From the NCBI GenBank assembly GCA_951406725.2, contig OX597827.1, positions 36,332,001-36,396,000 on the forward strand: a stretch of 64,000 bases of DNA. The letters are read 5' to 3'. Positions 63,800-64,000 of the stretch are shown here, piece after piece. Position numbers and translations under genes: made by a program. This DNA is from Octopus vulgaris (lineage: Eukaryota). Within the stretch, counting starts at the first letter, position 1, and each line of letters begins with the position of its first letter. Under the pieces are notes generated by a model. The model saw only the letters and a list, made by a program, of their open reading frames with translations, was not told the origin of the DNA and did no database searches.

Positions 63800-64000
63800 G
63801 CATCATCATCATTTCATGCTGGAATGGGTTGGATGGTTTGACCAGGGCTGGCAAGCTGGAAGGCTGCATCAGACTCCAGTCTGATTTGGTATAGTTTCTA
63901 TAGCTGGATGCCCTTCGTAATGCCAATCATTCTGAGAGTGTAATGGGTTCTTTTATGTGCCACCAGTACAGGTGCCATTTGCATGACACCAGAATCAGCC
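63800..64000 (-). mobile_element. RTE LINE 3' UTR running off the window end
   Basis: catcatcatc..catgctggaatgggttggatgg..gctggatgccctt family tail. Confidence 0.75.

Overview
AT-rich, repeat-dense eukaryotic genomic DNA. The repeat repertoire (tRNA-derived SINEs, RTE LINEs with (GAT)n tails, abundant (TA)n) points to an octopus or another coleoid cephalopod; this assignment is an inference. One conserved gene can be rebuilt exon by exon: MAK16 (60S ribosome biogenesis), + strand, 8 coding exons from ATG 38331 to 62605, continuing past the window end. A possible lineage-specific 121-aa gene lies on the - strand at 4864-5229. The rest is mostly transposon debris: RTE, CR1 and R4-like LINE fragments, mariner, Tc1, maT, hAT, Helitron, Ty3/Gypsy relics and a TRIM-like mini LTR element. 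The most striking signal is a nearly perfect 445-bp non-coding tandem repeat (31081-31938). Each unit carries a type I hammerhead ribozyme with a palindromic minimal stem III, the architecture of a non-LTR retrozyme or Penelope pseudo-LTR that could release a 445-nt circularisable RNA. A second, unrelated hammerhead motif lies at 26158-26277 (-), and there are several decayed candidates. All coordinates were read by eye and no database searches were run.
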